DNA of 64,000 bases from an uncultured Actinomycetota bacterium. Its GTDB lineage: Bacteria; Actinomycetota; Actinomycetes; Propionibacteriales; Nocardioidaceae. Positions within the stretch are counted from its first letter, which is position 1. Each line of letters opens with the position of its first letter. A program made the translations under genes and the position numbers. The stretch covers positions 79,834-143,833 of the forward strand of contig CAWJLX010000006.1 of assembly GCA_963843815.1 (NCBI GenBank), given 5' to 3'. A model generated the notes under the pieces. That model was given only the letters and a program-made list of their open reading frames with translations. It was not told where the DNA came from and made no database searches. This document shows positions 63,528-64,000 of this stretch, in pieces.

Positions 63528-64000
63528 TCAGAGGTCGAAGAGCGAGTCGGATCCGCTGATGTCGACGTCCGTACGCGGAGTGTGCCCGGGTGCGTCGGAG
63601 GTGGCCGTCGGCTCCTGGCCCGACTCCGACGACGATCCGCCGGTCTCGGCAGCGGGCTCGCCCGGAGCCGTCTCGGGCTCGGCTTCCGGCTGCGCCTCGG
63701 GCTTCGGCTCGGGCTCCGGATCCGGCTCGGTTCCGGCTTCCGTCCCGGGATCCGCCTTCACCTCCGGCTCGGACGCAGGCTCCGGCTCGGGCGTGGCTTC
63801 CGTCCCGGGATCCGCCGTCGCCTCCGGCTCGGGCGCAGGTTCCGGCTCGGGTTCGGCGAAGATCGCCGCCTGGCTCAGGTCCGCACCGCTCGGCGGTGCG
63901 CCCGCAGCCGCCGGCGCGACGGTCTCCTCGGGCTCGGGCTCGGGCTGCTCGGCGGGCTCGACCTGAGCCGCTTCGGGCTCCGGCGTCCGCTCGGCCTTCG
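63528..64000 (-). CDS. C-terminal part of a Pro/Glu/Ala-rich low-complexity protein (5' end outside window)
   Basis: I read the frame codon by codon and found no stop from 63528 to the window edge. It ends ...[13 protein letters not shown]. No family was recognised. Confidence 0.55.
   Translation of the reverse strand, partial: KAERTPEPEAAQVEPAEQPEPEPEETVAPAAAGAPPSGADLSQAAIFAEPEPEPAPEPEATADPGTEATPEPEPASEPEVKADPGTEAGTEPDPEPEPKPEAQPEAEPETAPGEPAAETGGSSSESGQEPTATSDAPGHTPRTDVDISGSDSLFDL
63721..63852. repeat. 60-nt coding tandem repeat (about 2.2 copies)
   Basis: Units 63721-63780 and 63781-63840 are identical at roughly 50 of 60 positions. They encode 20-aa EPEP...ADPGTEA repeats on the minus strand. 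Confidence 0.75.

Overview
This is a 64-kb stretch of a very high-GC actinobacterial chromosome. Gene content and order look Nocardioides/Propionibacteriales-like, but the taxon is inference only. I support about 60 densely packed protein genes, many joined by 4-nt ATGA/GTGA start-stop overlaps. They include a HelD-type helicase, a fused TrpE/TrpG-like synthase with a lipoprotein sulfatase and PabA/PabB, and an MprAB-like two-component pair. There is also an LMW-PTP/fructosamine-kinase operon, a BCKDH-type E1a/E1b/E2 operon, a Scy/FilP-like coiled-coil pair, and an ECF sigma-M1 peptidase operon facing a Ser/Thr kinase. Further on are a reductase/DesA3-type desaturase operon, two diverged FlgD-Ig secreted paralogs beside an ABC-2/HisKA_3/LuxR module, a FadE5-like acyl-CoA dehydrogenase, TauE plus Rrf2, a SigE-family sigma, one tRNA-Gly(CCC) and dcd. 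I saw no integrase, transposase, CRISPR array, rRNA, or recognisable defence or toxin genes, so I cannot point to a convincing novel multi-gene system. The most unusual signals are mostly non-coding: (1) four tandem 80-bp tRNA-Gly-derived pseudo-units behind the intact tRNA; (2) two 59-nt hairpin elements with identical 12-bp arms but unrelated loops; (3) a 46-bp perfect palindrome inside an ~84-nt hairpin; (4) a REP-like intergenic hairpin family; (5) an orphan LuxR C-terminal relic whose 17 conserved codons differ from the intact gene only at synonymous sites. Other observations are a low-GC 1.6-kb islet with a Cys-rich Tat-secreted protein and a 42-codon signal-peptide ORF, several operator-like palindromes, and a 14-mer shared by the tauE and rrf2 leaders. 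All family names come from motif recognition by eye. No database search was run.
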